Shown piece after piece: positions 9,707 to 19,517 of a DNA stretch of 61,119 nt. This stretch comes from an uncultured Hyphomicrobiales bacterium (lineage in GTDB: Bacteria; Bacteroidota; Ignavibacteria; Kapaibacteriales; UBA2268): positions 1-61,119 of the forward strand of contig CAZOBD010000007.1 in assembly GCA_964577665.1 (NCBI GenBank), written 5' to 3'. Both the position numbers and the translations under genes were made by a program. Positions within the stretch are counted from its first letter, which is position 1. Each line of letters begins with the position of its first letter. The notes beneath the pieces are model-generated. The model saw only the letters and a program-made list of their open reading frames with translations. It did not search any database and was not told the DNA's origin.

Positions 9707-11644
9707 ATGGATAAGCGCTCAATATTAGCATTGGTTTTAATCACGGTTTTAATAATCGTATGGCTCTTTTGGAATCAATCCGTCCATAAAAGAGCCGTTG
9801 AACCCCGCCCAAAAGATACAAGCGAACTAACAGAAAAAAAGCCTGCGGCTGAGGATATCGAAGAGGTAAAAGACACTGCAAAAGCTCCCGGTAAAGTACT
9901 GCCGGAGGATGAAAGAGTGATCACCACTGCTGATACAATCGGGCAGATTAGTGAGGATTCTCTCCGTGCAGTAGAAAAATTCGGACGATGGTTTGCTCAT
10001 CTCAGCAAAGGTAACGAGCAAAGATTTATTTTTGAAAACGACCTTGTAAAATCACAGTGGACAAACAAAGGAGCTTCGGTAAAAAGATGGTGGCTGAAAG
10101 AATATGACATGTGGAACGGTCATACCACCCAGCTCGTTAAAGACAGGACAGGCCAGCTTTATACCACTTTTCTGACAATGGACGGCAAAAAAATTGACAG
10201 CCGAGACCTTTATTACGATTTCAATATCAAAAATGACAATATCAAACTCAGCGGCAATGACTCTATTACAGTTACAGGCGTTTTGAAAATTGACGAAAAT
10301 CGTGAAATTATAAAACGCATTACTTTTTATGGAAATAAGTATCATTTTAATACTGAAATTGAAGTTCGAAATCTTGATGAAATCTTAACCACAAGGGGGT
10401 ATGATTTCCGATGGACCGGGGGTATGGTCTTTCAGGAAGAAAACAGCGTTGACGAAGCAACTTCATCTCTGGGCATGATTTCACTCGGCGGCGATATACA
10501 GGAGCTTGATGCCGGTGACGCAGAACCTGAAGACTTAAGTCTTGAAGGCAGAATAGAGTTTGCCGCCATTAAACTGAAATATTTCGGCGTCGGCATAATG
10601 CCGCTGCCTTATAAAAATTTCGACGGCATTGTCGATTTGCGGGGTGAAACTGTTTACCTTAAACGAGACAACGGGCAGAACAAGATATTGGATCTTTCCT
10701 TCCGGGTGCCTTACAGGCAGGGCGGCACCAAAAGCAATTCTTTCCTTATTTACGTAGGACCTTTGGAATATGACATCCTGAAAGAAATCAACCTCGAGGA
10801 AATGGTTAACCTCGGTTTTCGTTTCGGTATAAGGCAGATTGGTGAGTTTTTCATGCTGCCCATATTCAATTTCATACATAAGTTTATACCAAACTACGGT
10901 TTCGCGATTATCATCTTCTCCATTTTGATGAAGATACTCCTTTACCCTCTTTCCATTAAGCAGATGCAGTCTGCCCGCAAGATGCAGCTTCTCGGTCCGG
11001 AGATGAACAAAATACGCGAAAAATATAAAGAAGACCAGCAGAAGCAGCAAAAGGAAATAATGAAGCTTTATTCGGATTACGGCATCAACCCCATGGGAGG
11101 CTGCCTGCCGCTTCTCCTTCAGATGCCTATACTTTATGCCCTTTGGTCGGTGCTGCGTTCTGCAATAGAACTGCGTCAAGAGCCGTTCATTCTCTGGATA
11201 GATGATCTTTCCACACCGGATGTTATTTTTTCTATCCCATGGTTCCCTGTTATTCAGCATTTTTCAGGCCTTGCATTACTTATGGGTATTACACTTTTCA
11301 TACAGCAGAAAATGACGATAACAGATCCGCGGCAGAAAGGTCTCGTATATATGATGCCCGTTATGTTTACTCTTATGTTTTCTGCTTTTCCTTCCGGTTT
11401 GAACCTGTATTACTTTATGTTCAACCTTCTCGGAATAGGACAGCAGATATACATTAATAAGTTTTCTAAGAATCAGCCGTCTCTGGAAGACATGAAAAAA
11501 TCTCCTAAAAAAGAAGGGTGGCTGCAGAAGAAAATGAGAGAAGCTCAGGATATTGCAGAATCTCAGGGCAGAAGCGTTCCGGGACAGCCGCAGAAGCAAA
11601 ATCCCAATTACCGTAAAAAGAAAAAAAAGGGTAAAAGCAGATAG
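9707..11644 (+). CDS. yidC: membrane protein insertase YidC
   Basis: 645 aa. N-terminal TM, a large periplasmic domain, a C-terminal 60-kDa insertase core (GFAIIIFSILMKILLYPLSIKQMQSARKMQ...GGCLPLLLQMPILYALW) and a basic tail. Confidence 0.92.
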   Translation: MDKRSILALVLITVLIIVWLFWNQSVHKRAVEPRPKDTSELTEKKPAAEDIEEVKDTAKAPGKVLPEDERVITTADTIGQISEDSLRAVEKFGRWFAHLSKGNEQRFIFENDLVKSQWTNKGASVKRWWLKEYDMWNGHTTQLVKDRTGQLYTTFLTMDGKKIDSRDLYYDFNIKNDNIKLSGNDSITVTGVLKIDENREIIKRITFYGNKYHFNTEIEVRNLDEILTTRGYDFRWTGGMVFQEENSVDEATSSLGMISLGGDIQELDAGDAEPEDLSLEGRIEFAAIKLKYFGVGIMPLPYKNFDGIVDLRGETVYLKRDNGQNKILDLSFRVPYRQGGTKSNSFLIYVGPLEYDILKEINLEEMVNLGFRFGIRQIGEFFMLPIFNFIHKFIPNYGFAIIIFSILMKILLYPLSIKQMQSARKMQLLGPEMNKIREKYKEDQQKQQKEIMKLYSDYGINPMGGCLPLLLQMPILYALWSVLRSAIELRQEPFILWIDDLSTPDVIFSIPWFPVIQHFSGLALLMGITLFIQQKMTITDPRQKGLVYMMPVMFTLMFSAFPSGLNLYYFMFNLLGIGQQIYINKFSKNQPSLEDMKKSPKKEGWLQKKMREAQDIAESQGRSVPGQPQKQNPNYRKKKKKGKSR

Positions 11645-11645
11645 T

Positions 11646-13718
11646 CTATTTCACAAGAGCAAGTTTTTCAGCATATTCTTTGCCGGCGGTCTGCATTACT
11701 ACATGGTAAATACCCGCCGAAAGAGATTTTCCACTTTCGGAAGTGTTCCAAACCAATTCGTGTATCCCTTCATCAAAAAAGTCTTCCGCTATCATGGCTG
11801 CCCTTTTTCCTTCGCTGTCATAAATTAAAATTTTTACATAGCCGGAGATGTCAGCTTTGAAAGCTATTCTGACTGAGTTTTCAGCGGGATTGGGATACAG
11901 AAAAAGTTTTTGATCAGTCGAATTTTTAGCAAGAGGATTGACAAGTATTTCAGAGAAGATTCCCTGGCTCAGATTATAATATGATCCCGACGGAACCTGT
12001 TCCAATTTCAAAGCGCGCACCATATAAATATTTCTGCCGCCGCCGAAACTTTTATCAGTGAAAGTATTTTCTTTTACAGTTTCTGAATTTATTTTTTCAA
12101 ATTTTTCCGAGAAAGATGAAGCACGGTAAATATTGTATCCAAGGTTGTTCTCTTCAGACGCTTCCCAAGTTAATTCTACACTATAAGATTTATTATCTTC
12201 CTTTAGAATTGTCTGTAACTCTTTCGGAGGAAGAGGATAATACATTTTTAAAGAAGGATCTCCCATTAAAGTTATATGCACCATTCTGTAGCCGTATTTT
12301 CCTGAAGAAGGGTATTCGTTCCATGAATTATTCTGAGAAATCTTTGCAGAATACCCCAGAGTTTCACCGAGAGCTATGTGATGCAAATGCCAAAAGGGTC
12401 TTCCAGACCAGATGCAGGCAATGATGGAGGGACTGGAGCCGATTGCACATCGCATAAGATTGTCTTCGGAATCCCAGTCGCCGAAAAGAGAGCCGAAGAG
12501 AATATTGAAAACGGAGTTTACTTCCTGCAGGCGGAAGTTCATAGAATTGCACACCCAAGAAGCCTGCGTATAATGCCCTGAACCGCTGCCGTATGCCCAC
12601 AGGTGCCTGTCATTTTCACGGGGAGCAAGATACTTTTGACCGCTGTTTGCATTTTCCTGAAACAGCAAATGGAAATCACTGCGGGCGAGGGCAGAAAATG
12701 CTTCATAAGAATACATCCCGAAATTATCGTCTAAAAGCGCTTTGGGCTTAGCCTTTAATATCCCGTGACGGAAATCGTGGTTTTTGTTCAAATACCTGCG
12801 TAGAAGCTCTGCTTCACTTATTTCCATCACAGTAAGATTATAAAAATCTATTCTGCCTGCTTCCAAAACAACATCAGATGGAATAAGGCTCTGGTCAAAT
12901 TTTCCGTCGCCGGGTGTATTATGGTTTTCTGTCCTTTCCGCTTCGGTAACAGTTACGCTTGTGTCTGTCCACTCATCTGAAAAAGTTGTATAAAAGGCGT
13001 CTGCGGGCCAGGCACCGTAATGTTCCGGCTGATGTCCGTCAGGTGCCATTTTCCCCGAATAAGGCACGGGGACTCTTCCAAGGATTATTAATCCCCGCAG
13101 TGTGTCTTTTCCAATTCCTCTTTCTTGGTCAATTATAGATTTTGTACTTAAGACGGCAGCGGGGTTGAGTTTTTCGGCTCTCGGCGCATATCTGACGGAA
13201 ACAAGCCAGCCTGAGCCTCTAAGGTCTGAGGTATATCGTGCTATTTCTTCTTTCAAGGGTTCTTTCATAGTTTCGTCAATTAATAGCAGCAGCCTGCCTT
13301 TATATTCTTCCGGAGGTATCTCCCAGCCGGCGGATACATAGCCGTAGCCGTCGAAATAGGATGAATCTTTACTGTCCACCACTATTTTCAAAATTCTGTG
13401 CACCTGATATTCATAGTGAATACCTTTGCGAACACCGCTGTCCGTCAAAGAGTTGTTTCCGGGAGAAAGTACGGCTAACTGCTGCCAGCTTTTTTCTCCC
13501 TTTTTTTTCTTAAAGATTTCGTAACGGTAGTCTGTCGTGTCGGGCAGCCAGCTTAAAGTAATAGAAGGATTATCACTGCTGTCAATTTTTGTTGTGATAT
13601 AAACCGCAAATTGGTCAACACTTAAATAATCCCTGTAATTTACTTCCGAGCAAACTCCCGCGACAGGTGTTAGGAATAATATTAATAACGCGAAAATAAT
13701 TGTATGTATTCTGTACAT
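11646..13718 (-). CDS. T9SS C-terminal-sorted secreted protein with FN3-like domains
   Basis: 690 aa with a signal peptide and FN3-like segments (SITLSWLPD...YEIFKKK; VELTWEASEENNLGYNIY). The C-terminal Por/T9SS sorting domain reads LFLYPNPAENSVRIAF...AGIYHVVMQTAGKEYAEKLALVK. The function of the central domain is unclear. Confidence 0.8.
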   Translation of the reverse strand: MYRIHTIIFALLILFLTPVAGVCSEVNYRDYLSVDQFAVYITTKIDSSDNPSITLSWLPDTTDYRYEIFKKKKGEKSWQQLAVLSPGNNSLTDSGVRKGIHYEYQVHRILKIVVDSKDSSYFDGYGYVSAGWEIPPEEYKGRLLLLIDETMKEPLKEEIARYTSDLRGSGWLVSVRYAPRAEKLNPAAVLSTKSIIDQERGIGKDTLRGLIILGRVPVPYSGKMAPDGHQPEHYGAWPADAFYTTFSDEWTDTSVTVTEAERTENHNTPGDGKFDQSLIPSDVVLEAGRIDFYNLTVMEISEAELLRRYLNKNHDFRHGILKAKPKALLDDNFGMYSYEAFSALARSDFHLLFQENANSGQKYLAPRENDRHLWAYGSGSGHYTQASWVCNSMNFRLQEVNSVFNILFGSLFGDWDSEDNLMRCAIGSSPSIIACIWSGRPFWHLHHIALGETLGYSAKISQNNSWNEYPSSGKYGYRMVHITLMGDPSLKMYYPLPPKELQTILKEDNKSYSVELTWEASEENNLGYNIYRASSFSEKFEKINSETVKENTFTDKSFGGGRNIYMVRALKLEQVPSGSYYNLSQGIFSEILVNPLAKNSTDQKLFLYPNPAENSVRIAFKADISGYVKILIYDSEGKRAAMIAEDFFDEGIHELVWNTSESGKSLSAGIYHVVMQTAGKEYAEKLALVK

Positions 13719-13811
13719 TTTTTAATTTCAATTACTTGATATATTTTTTTTATAATAACACTCTATTCATTAAAAAGATACAATCAAGGAATTATTTTAG
13801 GACTGCCGTTA

Positions 13812-13846
13812 ATAAAAAAAGTCCGGAACCGAAAAAGCGCCGGACT
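13812..13846 (-). terminator. possible intrinsic terminator downstream of the FAD oxidoreductase gene
   Basis: On the minus strand: agtccgg...ccggact hairpin followed by TTTTTTT. It lies ~165 nt after the stop codon. Confidence 0.35.
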
Positions 13847-14009
13847 AAAGGCAAAAAATTTCAATTTAAAGGTTAAAATTATAGTTTTAAAAATATCATT
13901 TAGATTCTGAATCGAGTTAATAATGACATTATGTTTTTAAAATAGACGAAAATGAATCTCGGATCAAGTGCGGAATGATACATAAATTAATTTTTTTAGA
14001 AATCTCAAT

Positions 14010-15479
14010 CTAAAACAAATTTCCTCTCCCCAGCAGAAAATCGGGGTCAAGCCCGCGTTTTATACCGCTCATTTTTTCAATGACACCGCCCGAGTACATT
14101 TGGCGGAGGTACTCTTTCTTAATTTTCCCTATACCATGCTCGGCAGAAATGGTGCCATTCATTTCTAAGGCTTTGTCAATGGACTTCTTGTAAAATTTTT
14201 TGCCGAGGGCAATTTCATCTTCGGTTCCTGCAAAAACATTTGCATGAACGTGGCAGTTTCCGATATGTCCGAATATGTAGTAATCCAGACCTGTCCTTTT
14301 AATTTCGTTGTGTAAAAAGAAAAAATAGCTGCGGAAATTTTCATCAGGTACGGCGGTGTCAGTGCCGATTTTTTTCAAATTCTTGAGTACAAGTCTTTCG
14401 TTTACGGCAAGGGGAAGGCTGTGGCGGAGTTCACGGATTTTTTCGCGGTTTTTTTCTGCCCCGAGCGCCAGCCATGTATCATCGGCAAGCGGAGTGTTTT
14501 TGTAAATGAGGACGCTCCATTTTTCAAGTAATTCCTCTTCATATTCCGAAGCGTATTCCTGCTCGAACCATATCGCTCCGCAGGCATCAGCCGGAATGCC
14601 GGGATTAGATTTTTGAATGAAATTAAGAGAATTCCTGTCAAAATATTCAAGCACACGGGGAGCGGTATCATTTATATCAATGTAATGCAAATGAAAATTA
14701 CTTTTTAAACCGTTTCCGGCTTGCGCTGCAAAATCAAGCAGCCTGTTTTCATCCTGAAAAAAAACAAATCCAGACATAAGATTTTCCGGTTTTTCAATTA
14801 ATTTCAGCTCCATTTCCGAAAAAACTCCGAGAGTGCCTTCGCTGCCTATGAAAAGATCCAGAGCGTCCATATCGGGCTTTAAAAAATATCCTGCCGCATG
14901 TTTCAATTCGGGAATGTGAATATCCGGGTATTCAATTTTGTATTCATTTTTCTCCGATTTGAGAATTAATTCTCTGCCATTGGCTTTATCCCTGCCTCGC
15001 TGAAGAAAAAGACTTTCGCCGCTCATTAGAATAACTTCTGCCGAGAGAATAAAATCTCTTGTGGAGCCGTATTTAAGCGTCCTTGAGCCAGAAGCATTTG
15101 TTGCTGCATTACCTCCGAGAGAACTGTTTATTTCAGTCGGATTTGGCGGATAGAAAAGTCCGTTTTCACCGGCTTTTTCCTGCAGTTCTGAAACAAAAAC
15201 GCCCGGCTGTACCAATGCTGTTTTACGAGATTTGTTTATTAGTATTTTTTTTAGCTTTTCTGTTGAAATTACCGCACCTCCGTACGGGGTTCTGCCCGCT
15301 GTCAAACCGGTTCCTGCTCCCGAAAGGGTTACTGGTATTTTCTTTCTGCTGCATTCCGCAAGGCATTCCTTTAGTTCTTCTTTGTTTTCTGGAATATATA
15401 ATATGTCTGCGCTGCCCTCAATGTTTGAGGCATCTTTCAGATAGCTGAGCAGTTCTTCTTTATTTTTTTTTACAATCAT
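14010..15479 (-). CDS. FAD-binding oxidoreductase (GlcD/D-lactate dehydrogenase-like)
   Basis: FAD PCMH-type motifs (PVTLSGAGTGLTAGRTP; NASGSRTLKYGSTRDF; GSEGTLGVFSEMELKL) and the C-terminal GTISAEHGIGKIKK. Start taken at MIVKKNKEEL (ATG 15479); the ORF extends to 15527. Confidence 0.85.
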   Translation of the reverse strand: MIVKKNKEELLSYLKDASNIEGSADILYIPENKEELKECLAECSRKKIPVTLSGAGTGLTAGRTPYGGAVISTEKLKKILINKSRKTALVQPGVFVSELQEKAGENGLFYPPNPTEINSSLGGNAATNASGSRTLKYGSTRDFILSAEVILMSGESLFLQRGRDKANGRELILKSEKNEYKIEYPDIHIPELKHAAGYFLKPDMDALDLFIGSEGTLGVFSEMELKLIEKPENLMSGFVFFQDENRLLDFAAQAGNGLKSNFHLHYIDINDTAPRVLEYFDRNSLNFIQKSNPGIPADACGAIWFEQEYASEYEEELLEKWSVLIYKNTPLADDTWLALGAEKNREKIRELRHSLPLAVNERLVLKNLKKIGTDTAVPDENFRSYFFFLHNEIKRTGLDYYIFGHIGNCHVHANVFAGTEDEIALGKKFYKKSIDKALEMNGTISAEHGIGKIKKEYLRQMYSGGVIEKMSGIKRGLDPDFLLGRGNLF

Positions 15480-15574
15480 ATTTTGATTATTTTCAATCTT
15501 TAACTCAATTTTAACAAAATTTCTCAATAAAATTATTATCTTTGAAAAACTGTATTAAAAAAGTAGAAAAAAAT

Positions 15575-17530
15575 ATGCTTACGCTTATCAGAAGTAATGC
15601 CGCCGTATTTCTTGTAATTTTACTGCAAATATCTTCTGTTTTCGCTCAGGAGAGACCATTGGAAAGATCACGCAGTTACAATCTAAGTATTCATCCGAAA
15701 ATCGGAATAACAGGTAATTTCCACTCTGCCGCCTTTAGTTCATTTCAGGGAATGGCAGACTGCGGCGAAGTTAAAAGCAGTTTCAGCCCGGGTTTTTCTG
15801 CCGGGATAGCTTTTGAAAAACACTTTTCGGAGAAATCTGCATTTAGTTTTGGCATCAGTTATATTACACGGGGCACGGTCTTTTCAAATGAAAACACTTA
15901 TCCGAAAAGGTATCCCGACGGCTCCCTTTCTGAACTGACAACTAAAACGGAACTCGACGTAAGTCTTAATTTTATCGAACTTCAGCCTGATTTCCGTTTC
16001 ATAATCGGAGATGATTTCTTAAGGGGTCCGATTCGAGCAGTCTGCGGGGTGAGAATGCTTATGCCGGCAGTGAAAAGTTTTGCCCAGACTGAGCAGATAG
16101 TTTCTCCTGTTTCCGCTGTTTTCATCAATTCGCAGACTCAAAAAAGGGAAATTGCCGAAGGCGATATAAAAACAATCAGCGGCTTTTGGATAGGCATCAG
16201 TGCCGGGCTTGAAAATCAAACAATGGTTTCGGAAAATCATTTTTTTACACAGCAGCTGCTGATTGATTACAATTTCGGAGATGTTACTTCCGATGCCGAC
16301 TGGCAGCTATTCGGAGTAAGATTTGAAATTGGCTGGGCTTGGAACATACCAAAGTCAATTGAAGAGCCTAAGCCTGCTCCTCCGCCCGCACTGCCCGAAC
16401 TCGAACCTGTTTTAATTTCAGAGGAAGCTCCCGAACTGCCAAAGCCCCACATAAGTATAGATGTTGAAAAACCCGATTCGAAAGATTTCATCATCAAAAC
16501 AGGCAGCGAACTGCTTGCCACAACCCCTTTGGTAAATGCAGTTTTTTTTGACAGGAACTCCGCAGAGATTAGCAGCTTCTATTCTAAGGAAAAAATTGAA
16601 AAGGATATGTTATCGGGAAATCCAGTTGAGGCTCATAAATACGTTCTCCCGAGAATAGCAAAAATTGTCTCAAGGGCTAACGATGCAGTGATAACTTTGA
16701 CAGGTGCAACTTCAGGCTCTGACTATGAAACGGGAGGAAAAGACTTAGCTCTGAAAAGAGCGATGGCAGTGAAAGAAGCTTTGCTTAGTCTCGGTGTTCA
16801 AGAAAGCAAAATAAAGGTAAAAGCCGATATTTTTCCCGAAAACAGGTCTAATCAGGATTTTGCCGAGGGTGTCGAAGAGAATCAAAGAGTCGATATTAAC
16901 CTGAAAAACGCATTTTTGCAGGAGTACGTTGCTATTCAGAAATTTGCTGAGATTCAGGGTAAGGCATTTGTTAATATAGAAATGAATAATGTACCGGAAG
17001 ATGACTTTGCAGTTTTAAAAAGCAATTTTCAAGAAAAACCCGAAAAAATATATAAATCCGGCAGGTACGTGATACCTGTTTTTAAAAGGCTTGAGCAGAA
17101 TGATAATATTGTTGAAATAAAAGCTTCAATCGAGTATCTTGATATGGAAGAACGCGATGAAACATTTCAGAACCTGAGAGAAGTACCGAAAAATCAGGTA
17201 CAGCTGCAGCTTGAAAATTTTGAAGCCGTGCTCTTGTTTGATTACAACAGCAGCATACTCAGTGAAGATAATAAAAATCTGCTCAGGCAGCTTGCAGAGA
17301 AACTTCCCGATGGTTCGATAGTTGAGATTTACGGCAGCGCCGATGCTCTTGGCACGGAAGAAGCCAACGTAAAACTATCACGCAGCCGCGCCGAAGTAAC
17401 CAGGCAGTTCTTAGAATCTGTAACCAATAAAAAATTCAGTCTCAATACAAGCACAGATATTCAAAAATTTCCGGAGGATACTCCGCAGGGAAGATTTTTA
17501 AACAGGTCTATAAGAATCAGACTAAAATAG
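15575..17530 (+). CDS. OmpA-family outer membrane protein (N-terminal beta-barrel, two OmpA-like C-terminal regions)
   Basis: ATG at 15575 (MLTLIRSNAAVFLVILLQISSVFAQ signal). OmpA-like segments (GATSGSDYETGGKDLALKRAMAVKEAL; GSADALGTEEANVKLSRSRAEVTRQFL) and a proline-rich linker. Confidence 0.8.
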   Translation: MLTLIRSNAAVFLVILLQISSVFAQERPLERSRSYNLSIHPKIGITGNFHSAAFSSFQGMADCGEVKSSFSPGFSAGIAFEKHFSEKSAFSFGISYITRGTVFSNENTYPKRYPDGSLSELTTKTELDVSLNFIELQPDFRFIIGDDFLRGPIRAVCGVRMLMPAVKSFAQTEQIVSPVSAVFINSQTQKREIAEGDIKTISGFWIGISAGLENQTMVSENHFFTQQLLIDYNFGDVTSDADWQLFGVRFEIGWAWNIPKSIEEPKPAPPPALPELEPVLISEEAPELPKPHISIDVEKPDSKDFIIKTGSELLATTPLVNAVFFDRNSAEISSFYSKEKIEKDMLSGNPVEAHKYVLPRIAKIVSRANDAVITLTGATSGSDYETGGKDLALKRAMAVKEALLSLGVQESKIKVKADIFPENRSNQDFAEGVEENQRVDINLKNAFLQEYVAIQKFAEIQGKAFVNIEMNNVPEDDFAVLKSNFQEKPEKIYKSGRYVIPVFKRLEQNDNIVEIKASIEYLDMEERDETFQNLREVPKNQVQLQLENFEAVLLFDYNSSILSEDNKNLLRQLAEKLPDGSIVEIYGSADALGTEEANVKLSRSRAEVTRQFLESVTNKKFSLNTSTDIQKFPEDTPQGRFLNRSIRIRLK

Positions 17531-17542
17531 ATTACAAATAGA

Positions 17543-18451
17543 TTACTTTACTTCACTGCTTACCGGAAGAGGTCTAAGCACGGTTATGCCTGTCTGGCTC
17601 TTATTCCCCAAGATGTAATCGCTAAGGTCTTTGTCCGGCACAACCTTGCGGTAAACAGTGGAGGCGTGCAGCAGGCGTACTTTTCCGAAATTATTCCTGT
17701 AAGCTATGCCCATGTGGGAATAATCCAGCCCCTCTATGGATGTGGTAATGGCTATTATATCCCCGCTTTGGATTTTGTCTTCCGCCTGATTTATTTTATT
17801 CTGAGGAAGGTAATAATATTTTCTGCCGTTAATTTCCTTTTCAATTTCTTTCATTTTGTCCAGATAGTTTTTGTTTATCTGCAAGTCTTTGTAATATTTC
17901 AGATTGTCCTTATCGGTCATAAAGTGTACGTTGAACTGTACTTCTATTCCTCCAAGTTCTTTTGTTATGTCCCGCACTACTCCTTTTTTTATATTGTCAT
18001 ATATCCAGTCGGCAGTGTAGTGGAGCCGGGAAGGATAGCCGTCAATTTTTCCTCCGCGGTAGCGCGTAAAAGTAAGGCAATCAACAAAGTCTTCTATGTT
18101 TGAGTTTTTCTTAGGCAAAATCCTTGAAATGCAGAGTGAATTTTCAACAAGAGTAACGCAGTCCAGCGCTTCGAGATTGAAGCGGCAGAACTCCTCGCCC
18201 ATACCCTCCAGAGTTTTTGGTTTGTACGGGGTGCCTTCAAAGCTTAATGCCGTTTTTTCAATTCTTTCACCAATAGGCAGGGTGTCAACTCCCTCGATTT
18301 TTAACATATCCATCTTTTCAGTGAAAAGCGGATTGTATTTCATAATAAGTTCCTGCAATTCCCTGTTTTCAAATCCGGGCTGCGGGAAGAGTGTGCTGAA
18401 AGCGGTAAAGATCAGCACTGCTGTAATTATTAAGTTTCTCATAAGGTTCAT
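17543..18451 (-). CDS. DUF1460-like (N-acetylmuramoyl-L-alanine amidase-like) secreted protein
   Basis: Start taken at MNLMRNLIITAVLIF (ATG 18451). The longer track ORF (to 18562) runs through palindromic repeat DNA. The family call is from memory of the RLHYTADWIYDN-type motif and is moderately uncertain. Confidence 0.6.
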   Translation of the reverse strand: MNLMRNLIITAVLIFTAFSTLFPQPGFENRELQELIMKYNPLFTEKMDMLKIEGVDTLPIGERIEKTALSFEGTPYKPKTLEGMGEEFCRFNLEALDCVTLVENSLCISRILPKKNSNIEDFVDCLTFTRYRGGKIDGYPSRLHYTADWIYDNIKKGVVRDITKELGGIEVQFNVHFMTDKDNLKYYKDLQINKNYLDKMKEIEKEINGRKYYYLPQNKINQAEDKIQSGDIIAITTSIEGLDYSHMGIAYRNNFGKVRLLHASTVYRKVVPDKDLSDYILGNKSQTGITVLRPLPVSSEVK

Positions 18452-18477
18452 CTGTTTATTTTTACTTTCAGATTCCA

Positions 18478-18508
18478 GATGTCCAACATCTGCCAGATGT
18501 CGGACATC
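18478..18508. repeat. family P palindrome, copy P1
   Basis: gatgtccaacatctg-c-cagatgtcggacatc. Flanked by the catctgtttatttttacttt motif at 18449-18469 and 18515-18535. Confidence 0.85.
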
Positions 18509-18560
18509 TTTTTCCATCTGTTTATTTTTTACTTTGATATTAGAAATTCGATTCTTTGTC

Positions 18561-18720
18561 ATGCTGAACTCGTTTTCAGCATCTCAAGTTAGGAATATCC
18601 CCTCTTGAGAGGGGATTAAGGGGTGTGTTCCCCTAACCTGAAATGCCGGCGTTCCGCCTCACTTTTGACCGGAATGTCATTCTTGAAGACTATTTCAAAA
18701 AAATTCACCCCCTTGAGTGA
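18561..18720. repeat. cluster of REP-like short palindromes
   Basis: atgctgaa-ctcgtt-ttcagcat (18561-18582), atcccctc-ttga-gaggggat (18597-18616) and taagggg...cccctaa. Intergenic, at the left edge of the TA island. Confidence 0.7.
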
Positions 18721-18778
18721 TTTACCGAATCATATATGTTTCATCTGTTTATTTTTTACTTTCCGTTTTTGATTTTCA

Positions 18779-18809
18779 GATGTCGTACACCTTCAAGGTG
18801 TCCGACATC
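18779..18809. repeat. family P palindrome, copy P2 (variant inner arms)
   Basis: gatgtcgtacacctt-c-aaggtgtccgacatc, preceded by catctgtttattttttacttt (18742-18762). Confidence 0.85.
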
Positions 18810-18885
18810 TTGCTTAAATAATCATTCTCTTTTGTGATTTCCAAAAACATGGATGTTTCATAATTTTTAAAATAAAAAAAATAGA

Positions 18886-18958
18886 GAAGAAAACCGAAAA
18901 GAAATATTGCAAAGCGGAAAATGGAAGAGCAGCGCGCCGGCGGGGGGACGCTGCTTTT
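18886..18958. repeat. family A cassette-junction repeat, copy A1
   Basis: agaagaaaaccgaaaagaaatattgcaaagcgg, then an A-rich linker, then the hairpin agcagcg/cgctgct (18928-18955) and TTTT. The 28-nt hairpin core is identical to A6. Confidence 0.85.
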
Positions 18959-18969
18959 AGGATACAAAA

Positions 18970-19194
18970 TTATTCCGTCAAAAATATTTCTTTAGAAATT
19001 TCGGACTGGCGGATAATCGAAAGCAATGTGCCTTTTTTTATTTCTTTATGTGCAGGCACAGGGATGGTTATCGTAGAATCAGGCAAACTCTTCTGCATAA
19101 TAATATGACTTCCTTTGGTTCTAACTTCAACAAAACCATGCCCTATAAGAATACTACAAATATCCTTACCCGAAAGTATTCGCAGCTTTCCCAA
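18970..19194 (-). CDS. hicA: HicA family toxin
   Basis: 74 aa with GFVEVRTKGSHIIMQK...IPVPAHKEIKKGTLLSIIRQ. It overlaps the upstream hicB. Confidence 0.85.
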   Translation of the reverse strand: MGKLRILSGKDICSILIGHGFVEVRTKGSHIIMQKSLPDSTITIPVPAHKEIKKGTLLSIIRQSEISKEIFLTE

Positions 19195-19408
19195 GATTGA
19201 TCTCCAACGGTGAAATATAGACTTCGTAATTAAATCTTTCCTTTATTTCATTTTCGGAAGCATATTCCAGAAAAAGCTCAATTGCCTCTTTAAGGTTAGC
19301 TTTAGCTTCTTCTATGCTGTATCCCTGACTTGCAATATCCAGCTCGGGACATAAAGCTGTAAACATATCATCGTCTTTTTCGATTAGCGCTGTGAACACT
19401 GGTTTCAT
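19166..19408 (-). CDS. hicB: HicB family antitoxin
   Basis: UPF0150/HicB-like (FTALCPELDIASQGYSIEEAKANLKEAIELFLE). Start taken at MKPVFTALIEK. Confidence 0.8.
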   Translation of the reverse strand: MKPVFTALIEKDDDMFTALCPELDIASQGYSIEEAKANLKEAIELFLEYASENEIKERFNYEVYISPLEINLGKAANTFG

Positions 19409-19462
19409 CAACACTCCAATTTTATTTTCAATTTTCAATAGAGATGTGATAATCCTTGATTT

Positions 19463-19517
19463 ATTGCATAGCGGAATAATGAAAAAAGCAGCGAGCCGGA
19501 GGGGGGGGGAGCGCTAT
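19463..19517. repeat. family A repeat, copy A2 (right hairpin arm degraded)
   Basis: attgcatagcggaataatgaaaaaagcagcgagccggagggggggggagcgctat. Confidence 0.75.

Noticed and set aside
11553-11828. 91-aa plus-strand ORF spanning the yidC 3' end and the convergent T9SS gene
   Set aside because: It overlaps two well-supported genes and shows no motif.
18452-18562. N-terminal 37-aa extension of the DUF1460-like ORF (MTKNRISNIKVKNKQMEKDVRHLADVGHLESESKNKQ)
   Set aside because: It is encoded entirely by family P palindrome and CATCTGTTTATTTTT repeat DNA (note the repeated KNKQM). The signal peptide starts at the internal Met (18451).
18776-18967. 63-aa ORF at the left end of the island
   Set aside because: It spans repeat A1 and palindrome P2, and the peptide is repeat-derived (KSSVPPPARCSS from the hairpin). 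It has no partner gene.
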